Assembly (NCBI GenBank): GCA_004195635.1
Contig: PSPT01000017.1
Span: 15,909 to 79,908, forward strand
DNA: 64,000 bases
Direction: 5' to 3'
From: Methanobacteriota archaeon
GTDB lineage: Archaea; Thermoplasmatota; Poseidoniia; Poseidoniales; Poseidoniaceae
The position numbers and the translations under genes were made by a program. Of this stretch, positions 36,579 through 46,382 are shown piece after piece. The notes below the pieces were generated by a model. It saw only the letters and a program-made list of their open reading frames with translations, was not told the DNA's origin and ran no database searches. How positions within the stretch are numbered: position 1 is the stretch's first letter; each line of letters starts with the position of its first letter.

Positions 36579-37007
36579 TTAACGACGCATTTTTTTGAGG
36601 CCGAGGCTATTTAGGTGCTCGTTTAATTTCTCCTTGGCTGAACTACCTAATGTGCGAGCAGCATCTTCTGCTTCACCACGTATTTTTTCAAATTCTGAAC
36701 GTGATTCAATAGTTAACACATCGAGTAAATATGAGCGTTGCCCGATATAGTGAAAGAATTCAGGGCCAATCCAAATTGCAAAACCGCTGGCGATAACCAA
36801 TCCTCCCCAAGAATAACCAGTGTAATCTGCCCATTCTCCATCTTGAAGTAGTAGAATTTGGTATAAGCAAATACTGATTAGAAGCATCAAAGATGCAAAT
36901 GCGGTCGAAAGAATTCTTAAATGATTATCTCGTTTTGCGTCCCACCAATTTGTGAGCCGGCCTGTGGATGAATTTTTCTTTACCATGTCGCCACCGGTTA
37001 ATCGCAT
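36579..37007 (-). CDS. small membrane protein, unknown
   Basis: Three hydrophobic segments. Lies 15 bp downstream of the signal peptidase on the same strand. Confidence 0.5.
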   Translation of the reverse strand: MRLTGGDMVKKNSSTGRLTNWWDAKRDNHLRILSTAFASLMLLISICLYQILLLQDGEWADYTGYSWGGLVIASGFAIWIGPEFFHYIGQRSYLLDVLTIESRSEFEKIRGEAEDAARTLGSSAKEKLNEHLNSLGLKKMRR

Positions 37008-37205
37008 GTGCTTTGGGCTTATCCTTTTTGCGCTTATATTATCCCTGAATTGATTATCATTTTTCGAATTAATGAATTTATTTTTTTTAAATCAATATGG
37101 TTTGTGCCGGCAACTGACCCCTACGGGGTCCTTAACCGATGAGGCATAAGTTCAATAGTAAAAATGTTCAGTTCGGGCCGAGCGACGCTCATTGATGGTG
37201 GCATT

Positions 37206-40200
37206 ATGCGAATTCAAGTCTTCCTAGTATTGCTCTTTGTATCTTCGATATTTGCCCCACTCGCATCTGGGGCAAGCACTGAAACTCAGTTTAATGATGG
37301 TTCAACTTCTTATTCGCGTACCTTTACTGCCAGTGGAACTGCTACTGCAGGTGATATTTCAATTCCATATGGCGCAGAAGTAACTTCAGCAGAATTTAAT
37401 TTACTGGGGGCTCCTTCTTCCTCGTCCTGGGCTAATCTTTCCACAAATGCCGACTTTGGTGGGGCTGGAACCAGTAACTGGATTGGACAACCACCAGGTA
37501 TGCAACAAGGTTATCGAAATGCCCTTGAAATTGAGAACGATGAAGTTCAACTGCAAAGCACTCCAACTTATTTGACTACAACTTTTAACAATGCAAACTC
37601 GGTAAGTAATTTGAATGGGGCAACCCTCAGCACTACAGGGGAATATCTCAGTTCCGCAACTCAAGATTTCAAGGGCGTCACTTCAACACCAACCCCTCAT
37701 CAAATGAAAAATGGGACATGGAGTTATGCTGGGCCAACAGTAAATATTGGCGATGAGCGCCTAGTTCTAATGTGGTCTTCCACTTCAGTATCTCCTGCTC
37801 CCGCTTTCCAGCGCTATAATGCAACAACTGGAGAGTACAATACATCTTATACAATACAATATTCTTCTTGTACTTCGAGTACACTTGCGTATATTTATGA
37901 TATTGAAATTGATGGAAAAGATTTGTGGATAATAGGAAGAAGTAATAGATATCTCTCAAAATGGACAATAAATGGAAATTACTTAACTTGCCAGCAGTAT
38001 TGGATGTTCTCCTCTCCGTATTACCCATCTGGTGTATCTGTAGATCCTGTTACTGATCAATTATTTGTATACTTGTACCAGCAACAATCTCCATCTTACA
38101 ATCATTATTTATGGCAAGTAAATCGTGCCTCTCCTTCTATCGCCAATCAAACTTTCCAATTAGGTAGTCAACAAGACTTTCCCTCTGGTAATCCTGCTGG
38201 ATTAGCAGTTAATGGTTCTCGCGTAACAACAAACATGCAATCCACATCTTACTCTTTTCATCATTATTTTGATTTTACAGGTTCATGGATAACGCATCTT
38301 GGCTCAAAGCAATTTACAAACAAAGGCCATTATGGATTAAGTAATGGAGAAGATGGTGATTTATTGTTTACTTGCCACTATAGCAATTATTGTACCGCTT
38401 CTTCTCGCAAAGTTCTGCGTGTTGGCTCGGGTTTAACCCATACTGCATCCACCGGAAGTAGTAGTTCATCGATTTTGGTTACTGGCCCTACAACTCAATT
38501 ATCTAAGACAATGACTGAAGTTGAAGTGAGTTCCTTAGTCGCCTATACTCCGGGTAATTCAACAATTGAAATTCAATTGAGCGTTGATGGAGGAACAACT
38601 TGGCTAGATGCGGCTTTAGGTCAACCCCTTACATTTGCTCAAGCAGGAAGCCAACTGGTTTGGCGGGCTTGGTTAAATGGAACTACAAGCGAGACTCCAG
38701 TTCTTGATATGGTTACTTTATCCTATATTGCATCATTCCTTAGCAGCGGATATATGTATGTTCGTTCAAGTTTAATTAGCCCTGTAGCGGCAACAGTATG
38801 GTGGAATTCAACAACCCCCGGCGGTTCTAGAATTGATGTTTCTATTCAATATGGCACCAGTTTTTCATTTACTAATTCAGGTCAAACTAAGACGATAACC
38901 GGAAGTAGTGCAAATGTATATTTATATTTCTATTTTTACTCCGGTACAGGAAATGCATATACGCCAACCCTACACGATTTCAATGTTCAATTTTATACCA
39001 GCGCTCCAAAAGATGTTGAATTGAACCTAGGGCTTAGCGGAGGGCAATCAACAACTATTTGGGAGCATTCTGGGACTTTCCTCGGAACTGAAACCGCAAC
39101 ACAATATCCTTCGGGCCCAACTGGGATTAGTATCGCAGATAGGTTTAACGATATTATCCCGAGCACTGGAACTGGGACTATTGATCTATCTGTTGGAATC
39201 ACTTCATCCTCCGCAGGAATAGTTTCAATTGATTCATTTTCAATTACCTATACGATGCAAACTGTTAACTTGGAAATTGATTATAATTCTTCATTAATTT
39301 TGCATGAAAGACAAGAACCATACGAAGTAGTGACTAGACATATTATTGGTGAGTTATCTGCTGAAATAGATGTCGTGAAATTAATATTTAATGCCCAACC
39401 ATTGGGAATGGCACCAATGCTTGAATGGGACACCCACGATTCTCAACCTACTGCAAGTGATCCGGAGAATTGGATTTCAATTGACCCTACATCTTGGATG
39501 AATGAAAGCAATGGTATTCTTGAAGTTCACTGGCGTTTCAAAGTATTGGACGACTTCCCTGAGCAAAGTTATGTACGCTTTACTACAAGTTGTACCGATT
39601 CAGAGGGCCGAACTCCTTCATTCCTTGCAGGTGAAGACCCACTGATTGTCAACCATTCATTTGGAATGGGTTGGATGAATGTGCAAGATAATGATGGATT
39701 GGTGCAATGGCAAGATATTCCCGACAATAATTGGATTGCCGCAGGCGAAACAATACATTTCCAAGGGCAATTATTTTTCCAAAATTCATTTGATGCGCCA
39801 AAGGATAATGCATTTGATATTAGGGTGGCTCAAGGCTCCTTTGTTCATTCATCATGGCGAGACATTTCAAACCAAAATGGGACATTCTTCGTTAGTATCG
39901 ATGTTCCAACTATCGATGTACCTGATGGCGTAACTTATGAGGTTCAATCATATAATGAGAGGGACCCAACGAGAGTAGAAACTCCTGACCATGAGTGGCG
40001 AAGGACCTTTCGGATAGATGCAACTGCTCCCGAGGCAATGGGAAATATTCCTTTGGAGGGTTCTTACGAAGCAGCAACCGATGAGCAGGCAATTAAATTT
40101 CATGTTGCCGATGCAACCGGGTCTCCCACCGAACTAAATCTAAATTATTGGATTGAGGCGGAGCATGATTCAAATAGAAATGGAATTGCTGATGCAGATG

Positions 40201-42224
40201 AATATGTTCAGAAAATGATGTCAAATAATACCGATGCTGCAGATAAATGGTTTTTCACTACTATTGATGATAGCCACAATCCCAATATGGCAAAGGTATC
40301 TTACTATGTATCGGGAACAGATCCGGCAGGTAATCCGCTCAAATATTTGGCTGGAATGACCAATGATGAAGAACCGATTTGGATGCAATATGGGCCAGGG
40401 TTTGGTGCAGATACAGCAACTTACCTCACGAGGAAGGATTCAGATGCAGTGTTTACTGGCCTAGAATGGATTGGGCACTTTGATGATACTGCCATTTATG
40501 CAGGAACAGAACAAACCATCCTCCTCGGCCTATTAGATGCAAATACAGTGATTGATTTCGAGCACATCAGTCTAATTTTTGATTTTGAAGGACCTGACGC
40601 TTCAAAGGACCAGCAATTAATCGCCTTTTCTGGCATAAATAACACATTTTGGTCTGAGAGCGAATACATTACACTATCTCCTTCAAGCCATGTTACGACT
40701 ACAATAAACGAAACCGGAATGCCTTGGATTAAGGTTGCATTTAATTTTAGATTTAGTTGGGATTGGCCAGATGAAGAATGGGGTGATATCGCCTTTGTTT
40801 ACAAGGAAAGAGGTTCTGTTGAAGCAACTCGACTTGAATTTGCAGATAATTCTTTTAGGGTGGAAAATGATTTGGTGTTATCCGCTTCTTCCTTCTTAGT
40901 TTCGGATGTAACTGAACCGAGAGTAGGTCCAATTGCTGATGGTTCAAGAGTAAGGTCAGACGACCGCCTCTCATTTAGCGGTAAAGTAGTATTTGAGGGC
41001 TCAGATACTCCCGCTCCATTGAATGTTGGGATAAAGGTGGATGTCTTTGATGGAGTCAGTATTTGGAGTGACGGAAGCCTTGACGACACGGGTGGTTACA
41101 CAGTGGAAGTTCCACTTTCCGCCGCCACAAGCCTTGCCAGTTCTGAAACTAGAGTTTGTCTCATTTCTATCTCGGGGATTCCGGGGCGAGGTCAAGACAT
41201 GACTGGAAGTTCGGTATCAACTACACTTCGAGTTGTCGTTGACCACACGCCTCCAAGAATCACTCACCGAACCGAACCAATTGATGTGATTGATATTAGT
41301 GATGCAAGTGATTTAACCTCAGTAAATGTAGCATTTACTGGTTCCGAAGATGCCGATTTAACTGGAAGTAAACAATTTGTCAATTGGGTGATGCGCGACC
41401 ACACGAATACTATGACAATTGCTAGCGGTATTACCGAATTGGGTATGCAGCAAGAAGGAATGTTGATCAATTGGACCGGCTCAGTTGATATTACGAATGG
41501 TGGCGTTGTGACTCCTCGTGCAGGAGACCTCGTTGGATTTTGGGTTACTGGATATGATGCAGCAGGAAATTCATTCTTGGAAGTAGGAAATTCAGCAAGT
41601 AATCCAATCGCAGAATTGGCAGAAGCTGATGGCGATTATGAATTGTCTTGGCTGACTCTCGGCGCACAAGTTACTGAATTGTCAATTCTTGATATTTCGG
41701 TTGATGATGATCATATTAGCCCTGGTGCAAGTGTAAAAATTGAAGCAACAATTCAAAATACCGGAGGAAGTACTGCCAGTGCATTTTCAGTAAATTTCTA
41801 TGCAGGAAATAGCCAAAAGGCCTTCCATACCTCAACAATTCAAGGAATTAGTGAGGATGAGACACTAATCATTACAACAACTTGGAATGCAGAAGAAGGG
41901 GTTGACCGTGTGCGAGTTGTCGTAGATGTAGAGAATGTTATCATTGAAGTCAACGAGGAGGATAATTCAGCAGAGCATGGAATTGAAGTGGCTTATGTTT
42001 CAATGATGGGGTGGCTTGATAGTCCACGTGAAGCTCCTCTTGCATGGATATTTGCCTTTGTCTCAATTATTGTATTGATTACTGTATTCACTATTGCTAA
42101 CAAGACTGCCTTGCATAATCATGAAGGCAGTTTACTTGATGATGACTTTGATGATGATGACTTTGAGGAAGATGAGTTTGAGGATTTAGAAGACGATGAT
42201 TACGAAGAAGACGATGATGATTGA
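37206..42224 (+). CDS. giant (~1670 aa) membrane-anchored surface protein with C-terminal CARDB-like domain and poly-acidic tail
   Basis: Signal peptide MRIQVFLVLLFVSSIFAPLASGAS. CARDB pattern (IQNTGGSTASAFSVNFYAG...VVVDVENVIIEVNEEDN). TM (AWIFAFVSIIVLITVFTIA). Tail DDDFDDDDFEEDEFEDLEDDDYEEDDDD. Confidence 0.8.
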   Translation: MRIQVFLVLLFVSSIFAPLASGASTETQFNDGSTSYSRTFTASGTATAGDISIPYGAEVTSAEFNLLGAPSSSSWANLSTNADFGGAGTSNWIGQPPGMQQGYRNALEIENDEVQLQSTPTYLTTTFNNANSVSNLNGATLSTTGEYLSSATQDFKGVTSTPTPHQMKNGTWSYAGPTVNIGDERLVLMWSSTSVSPAPAFQRYNATTGEYNTSYTIQYSSCTSSTLAYIYDIEIDGKDLWIIGRSNRYLSKWTINGNYLTCQQYWMFSSPYYPSGVSVDPVTDQLFVYLYQQQSPSYNHYLWQVNRASPSIANQTFQLGSQQDFPSGNPAGLAVNGSRVTTNMQSTSYSFHHYFDFTGSWITHLGSKQFTNKGHYGLSNGEDGDLLFTCHYSNYCTASSRKVLRVGSGLTHTASTGSSSSSILVTGPTTQLSKTMTEVEVSSLVAYTPGNSTIEIQLSVDGGTTWLDAALGQPLTFAQAGSQLVWRAWLNGTTSETPVLDMVTLSYIASFLSSGYMYVRSSLISPVAATVWWNSTTPGGSRIDVSIQYGTSFSFTNSGQTKTITGSSANVYLYFYFYSGTGNAYTPTLHDFNVQFYTSAPKDVELNLGLSGGQSTTIWEHSGTFLGTETATQYPSGPTGISIADRFNDIIPSTGTGTIDLSVGITSSSAGIVSIDSFSITYTMQTVNLEIDYNSSLILHERQEPYEVVTRHIIGELSAEIDVVKLIFNAQPLGMAPMLEWDTHDSQPTASDPENWISIDPTSWMNESNGILEVHWRFKVLDDFPEQSYVRFTTSCTDSEGRTPSFLAGEDPLIVNHSFGMGWMNVQDNDGLVQWQDIPDNNWIAAGETIHFQGQLFFQNSFDAPKDNAFDIRVAQGSFVHSSWRDISNQNGTFFVSIDVPTIDVPDGVTYEVQSYNERDPTRVETPDHEWRRTFRIDATAPEAMGNIPLEGSYEAATDEQAIKFHVADATGSPTELNLNYWIEAEHDSNRNGIADADEYVQKMMSNNTDAADKWFFTTIDDSHNPNMAKVSYYVSGTDPAGNPLKYLAGMTNDEEPIWMQYGPGFGADTATYLTRKDSDAVFTGLEWIGHFDDTAIYAGTEQTILLGLLDANTVIDFEHISLIFDFEGPDASKDQQLIAFSGINNTFWSESEYITLSPSSHVTTTINETGMPWIKVAFNFRFSWDWPDEEWGDIAFVYKERGSVEATRLEFADNSFRVENDLVLSASSFLVSDVTEPRVGPIADGSRVRSDDRLSFSGKVVFEGSDTPAPLNVGIKVDVFDGVSIWSDGSLDDTGGYTVEVPLSAATSLASSETRVCLISISGIPGRGQDMTGSSVSTTLRVVVDHTPPRITHRTEPIDVIDISDASDLTSVNVAFTGSEDADLTGSKQFVNWVMRDHTNTMTIASGITELGMQQEGMLINWTGSVDITNGGVVTPRAGDLVGFWVTGYDAAGNSFLEVGNSASNPIAELAEADGDYELSWLTLGAQVTELSILDISVDDDHISPGASVKIEATIQNTGGSTASAFSVNFYAGNSQKAFHTSTIQGISEDETLIITTTWNAEEGVDRVRVVVDVENVIIEVNEEDNSAEHGIEVAYVSMMGWLDSPREAPLAWIFAFVSIIVLITVFTIANKTALHNHEGSLLDDDFDDDDFEEDEFEDLEDDDYEEDDDD

Positions 42225-42306
42225 TTCGTAAAATCGCATTTTTTGTTAGGTCCATTGGTACGAATCTCAAAAGTTTCTTTTATTTGGTGTGGGTGTATGG
42301 GCAACC

Positions 42307-42900
42307 ATGTTGGACTTTACTGAGCATAAGGTGAGCCCGGCAATCAATATCCCTGTGGGAGAAGACATACATGTCTTTGACTTTACAACAGAAGAAGGAA
42401 GAATGGCAATTCCTTCTGGTCAATATAGCATAGGTAAGTACGATGAAAACCGAAAAGGTTTGTATGAAATGGCACTGTTTGCAGGTACTAGGTATATTCA
42501 CATGGGAATTGACATCGGTGCCCCTGTCCAGACTGAAGTTTTATCTTGCTTAGATGGTGAAATCTATTCTGCATCAATTCTTGCCGATGCAGGAGACTAT
42601 GGCCATGCAATTATTACCAAACATGAGGTGAATGAGGTGCCTATCTGGATTCTTTATGGTCATCTTTCAAGCGATTCTCTACGCCACATTCATGTTGGAC
42701 AAAAGGTCTCTTCGGGAGAGGTTATTGGTTGGTTAGGTGGGAAATCTGAAAATGGCGGGTGGGAACCGCATCTTCACCTTCAGATAAGTTTGGAAGAACC
42801 TCTTGCTGGAGATATTCCCGGCGTAGTGGCTCTTAGCGAAAGAAAATCTGCGTTGCAAAAATACCCCGACCCGCGTTGCTTACTCGGCGAGTTATACTAA
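42307..42900 (+). CDS. peptidase M23 (LytM-type) family protein, no signal peptide
   Basis: HMGIDIGAP (HxxxD), YGHL, and GWEPHLHLQIS (HxH). Confidence 0.75.
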   Translation: MLDFTEHKVSPAINIPVGEDIHVFDFTTEEGRMAIPSGQYSIGKYDENRKGLYEMALFAGTRYIHMGIDIGAPVQTEVLSCLDGEIYSASILADAGDYGHAIITKHEVNEVPIWILYGHLSSDSLRHIHVGQKVSSGEVIGWLGGKSENGGWEPHLHLQISLEEPLAGDIPGVVALSERKSALQKYPDPRCLLGELY

Positions 42901-42923
42901 CTATTGAGAAAGGGGTTGGCTGA

Positions 42924-45575
42924 ATGGTAGATATTTTTTCAATGATTTTTTACATCATTGGAACTATTTTCTTACTATCACTTGGCTCGGGCTTGCCCGG
43001 TTTGGCTGCAGTTCGTGTCCTCGACCCAACCGCAGATCGCTGGCGCACGGCATTGCTGGCGCCAGCCCTTGGATTATTGCTAATGTACGGATTATTTGGG
43101 TGGTCAGTTATCTTTCTTGGTTTTTATTCAAATCTTGCAATCCTATTCTTAATAATAATAATAAATTTAGTGGCAATTAGAATATTAGAAAAAAAACCAC
43201 AAGGTTTGAGGAGAAATATGAGCAATTGGCAACGTCTTGAAATAGCGATGCAAAGTGATTCAACTTCCGTTCAAAGTGGCGAATTAGACGTCGAATTGGA
43301 AGGCGATACGGAAGACACCTCAGTTGAAAACTCGGACATTTGGACAGATGGATCTGCCGATTTCAGTGGGTTTGGCGAGGATATTTGGTCGGAGGTAGAA
43401 GAGCAAAAGGAAGTACGGCAATCTCGGCCAAATTGGTGGTGGGCTCCGGTTTCTGTTGCGGTATTCATCAGTATTTTGCCACTATTTTTGTTTAAATACC
43501 CGCACGGAGTAGATTGGATCGGCTTTGCGACTCTAACTCATCGTTTTGCTGAAGTTGGACAATTCACTCTACCTTCACCTTCTCAGGGTTATTGGACCTA
43601 CCCTCCGGCTTTTCCTGCAGTTGCCGCATTCTGTGAGCAGAGTTTGGGTATTGGTCCAGATGTTGCAGTTCACATATTAGGACGGATTTCATTATTGGTA
43701 TTATTATTGGGTATTGCAGGAGTAAGCGACAGGTGGGGTAGTGGAGTTCAAACATTGATTGCCATGGGGCTTGCAGCAGGGATATTTGCAAAATCATTTG
43801 ATTCCGGTTGGCCTACTGTCAGTAGTCAGTTGGGGCTTGTCCTCGGTTTGTTGGTTGTTCTTCGCCCAGCGGTCAAGCAAAGAAAAGAACACAATATTGC
43901 CTTTGGAGCCGGTGTTCTTTCAGTTGCGGTAATACACCCGACTGGAGCAATATATCTCGGCACCTTACTTTTTGCAAATCTGTTAATGAGACATTTAAAT
44001 GGAAGGGATGATGAACGTGGCATTGCTGTAGCCGCTATTTCTGGCACTTTACTCGCACTCGCAACTGCTGCGACATTCCTTCTTTTTGCTCCGAGATTAC
44101 TCCAAATGGACATATTTGCTGAGTATGGATGGCAAGGAGGGTGGCCAATGTTGATGTATTCCAGCCCGTTGTTGTTAATCACGATTTGGGCTGGTTGGAA
44201 ATTACGTCAAACCCTTGAAGGCAGTATTCTTATCCTGTGGTTAATGCTACAATGGGCATTAACTCTCATCCACTTATTGGTGGGCTGGACAATACCTGTT
44301 CTCTCTTTATTATCATATACATTGTATTCAATGGGGCTGCATGGTTTTCATGTACCGGCAGCAATATTATGTGGAATGGCTCTTGCAAAGGGCGTAAAAC
44401 TAACTCAATTGCCTAAGAAAATAAGATTATTTGAGGACAATAGTATGTCAAGTGAATCGGCAGGAAATCCGGAAGAAGGACTGGAAGAAGGACTGGAAGA
44501 AGAACCGGAAGAAGGACTGGAAGAAGGACTGGAAGAAGAACCGGAAGAAGAACCGGAAGAACACTCAAGGTTGGAAGATACTTTTAGCGGAATAATTGAT
44601 GATTCATCAGTCGATGAATATACACGTTCATTTGAAATTGTAGAGTCAAAAAGAGCAAGATTTATCGTATTTTCTTTTGCCATATTACTTGTTTCCTGCT
44701 CACAAATTGCAATATTGAATTTATCAAACCACCCAGAACTATTCGCAACTACCGATGGAGACCGAGCAATTGTCGCTGAATTAGCGAATTATGTTGGAGA
44801 AGGTGAGGTTGTATATGTGGAAAATGCTCACTGGGGATATGCATTTGATGCGGATGGAGATATTTTAGTATCCACTCACCCCGTAATTGGATTAATTCAT
44901 TTGCAAGAAAGCATCCAATCCGCAGCAACTACGGCAATTCGACATGGTGACATTGACGCCTTGCGAGATCTCAACATTTCCTATGCTATAACCAGTCCAA
45001 TTGGAGGATTATCTTGGACACTTTCTCCTTCGCCTTGGTGGACAATTGAATTGGAAATTGAGGGGGCGAGATTATGGAAGTTAGCAGATAATTTAATTCC
45101 AGAATCTGAAGGTTGGATATCTTCTCCATCCGAAGAATCTTGTGAAGAATCTCCTAATTGTCAATTGCGCAAAGACCCTTGGGATGAACATAGGCATTGG
45201 GATGACCCCGTCATTCCAGATAAACGCAGTTTCATCAGCGAGGGTGAAATGTCGTGGGAGTCGGAAATCCCTGCAAACCTTCGTGATAGAACAGTATCGT
45301 CTACTGTATTACTTGAAGGGGCAAGCGGAATAGTCGTTAGAGTGACTTTGTCTTCGGGAGATTGGACTAGTAGTCAAGTCGTTGATTTAGATGGTTGGAC
45401 AATGGTAAAAATCCCTTCGGGAACTCCAAATGATGAAAACCTGACAGTAAATATTGAAATAATTTCTAGTTCGGGTGGGTATTGGATAAACCCCCTTGGT
45501 CTTTCGGGAAGGGGCGATAGAATCATAGATAGTGACGGAATATACATTCATTGGCTTGAAGTCCGGCCAAATTAA
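42924..45575 (+). CDS. large polytopic membrane protein, possible GT-C-type glycosyltransferase, with C-terminal extracytoplasmic domain
   Basis: About 13 hydrophobic segments, an acidic first loop, and an internal EEGLEE repeat. It lies immediately upstream of a GT2 gene. The GT-C call is contextual only. Confidence 0.5.
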   Translation: MVDIFSMIFYIIGTIFLLSLGSGLPGLAAVRVLDPTADRWRTALLAPALGLLLMYGLFGWSVIFLGFYSNLAILFLIIIINLVAIRILEKKPQGLRRNMSNWQRLEIAMQSDSTSVQSGELDVELEGDTEDTSVENSDIWTDGSADFSGFGEDIWSEVEEQKEVRQSRPNWWWAPVSVAVFISILPLFLFKYPHGVDWIGFATLTHRFAEVGQFTLPSPSQGYWTYPPAFPAVAAFCEQSLGIGPDVAVHILGRISLLVLLLGIAGVSDRWGSGVQTLIAMGLAAGIFAKSFDSGWPTVSSQLGLVLGLLVVLRPAVKQRKEHNIAFGAGVLSVAVIHPTGAIYLGTLLFANLLMRHLNGRDDERGIAVAAISGTLLALATAATFLLFAPRLLQMDIFAEYGWQGGWPMLMYSSPLLLITIWAGWKLRQTLEGSILILWLMLQWALTLIHLLVGWTIPVLSLLSYTLYSMGLHGFHVPAAILCGMALAKGVKLTQLPKKIRLFEDNSMSSESAGNPEEGLEEGLEEEPEEGLEEGLEEEPEEEPEEHSRLEDTFSGIIDDSSVDEYTRSFEIVESKRARFIVFSFAILLVSCSQIAILNLSNHPELFATTDGDRAIVAELANYVGEGEVVYVENAHWGYAFDADGDILVSTHPVIGLIHLQESIQSAATTAIRHGDIDALRDLNISYAITSPIGGLSWTLSPSPWWTIELEIEGARLWKLADNLIPESEGWISSPSEESCEESPNCQLRKDPWDEHRHWDDPVIPDKRSFISEGEMSWESEIPANLRDRTVSSTVLLEGASGIVVRVTLSSGDWTSSQVVDLDGWTMVKIPSGTPNDENLTVNIEIISSSGGYWINPLGLSGRGDRIIDSDGIYIHWLEVRPN
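44469..44563 (+). repeat. tandem repeat: 2 x 36 bp (CCGGAAGAAGGACTGGAAGAAGGACTGGAAGAAGAA) + 2 x 12 bp
   Basis: Read directly; encodes PEEGLEEGLEEE repeats. Confidence 0.85.
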
Positions 45576-45647
45576 TGGGAAACTAATGAGTTTCTATTGA
45601 GGTATTGTCGGCGATAAGACTTAGTCAAAGCGCCTCTTCTAGCAAAC

Positions 45648-46364
45648 ATGCGAGGGCTCACCATCCTTCTGCCAACTCTTGATGAGGAGGATGCTTTACT
45701 CGGTGTACTCGAAGAAATCCCTGTCGCCACACTCGAGCAACAAGGATGGTTCGTTGAAGTATTGGTTGTCGATGGCGGTAGTGTTGATGGCACAGTCCAA
45801 ATCGCCCAAGATTTTGGCTGCGAGGTAATTCTTCAAACAGCACAATCAGGAAAAGGTGCAGGTATGAGGATGGCTTTTGAGAAATTTATCACCTCGAAGA
45901 ATAGTGCACTTGTAATGATCGATGCAGATGGAACATATTCACCAAAAGATATCCCTCGGCTTCTTGCAAAATTGAAACATTATGATGTGGTGATGGGTTC
46001 ACGCCTTCGGGGTGAAATATCAGAAGGTGCTATGACAAGATTAAATTATATTGGTAATCATTTGTTAACTTGGCTCGCCGTCTCCCTTTATGGAGTTCCA
46101 ATTACAGACCTTTGTACTGGTGCATGGGCATTTAGGCGAGAATCAATTGAACAGATGGATCTAAACTCTATCCGCTTCGAAATAGAAGCAGAAATGTTTG
46201 CTAATTGCTCAAATACAGGCCTACGGATTACTCAAGTTCCAATTCGTTATGACAAACGAATCGGTGAAGCAAAGCTTGGTTCTGTTCGCGATGGGGCAAG
46301 TATTTTCCGCAAATTAATTGTGCGTAAATATTTCCCTTTTCCACATAATGATAATAACACATAG
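45648..46364 (+). CDS. family 2 glycosyltransferase (dolichyl-phosphate hexose synthase-like)
   Basis: ILLPTLDEE, VVDGGSVDGT and MIDADGTY (DxD) motifs; ~238 aa. Confidence 0.85.
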   Translation: MRGLTILLPTLDEEDALLGVLEEIPVATLEQQGWFVEVLVVDGGSVDGTVQIAQDFGCEVILQTAQSGKGAGMRMAFEKFITSKNSALVMIDADGTYSPKDIPRLLAKLKHYDVVMGSRLRGEISEGAMTRLNYIGNHLLTWLAVSLYGVPITDLCTGAWAFRRESIEQMDLNSIRFEIEAEMFANCSNTGLRITQVPIRYDKRIGEAKLGSVRDGASIFRKLIVRKYFPFPHNDNNT

Positions 46365-46382
46365 CGAATCACTCTTGAGCGA

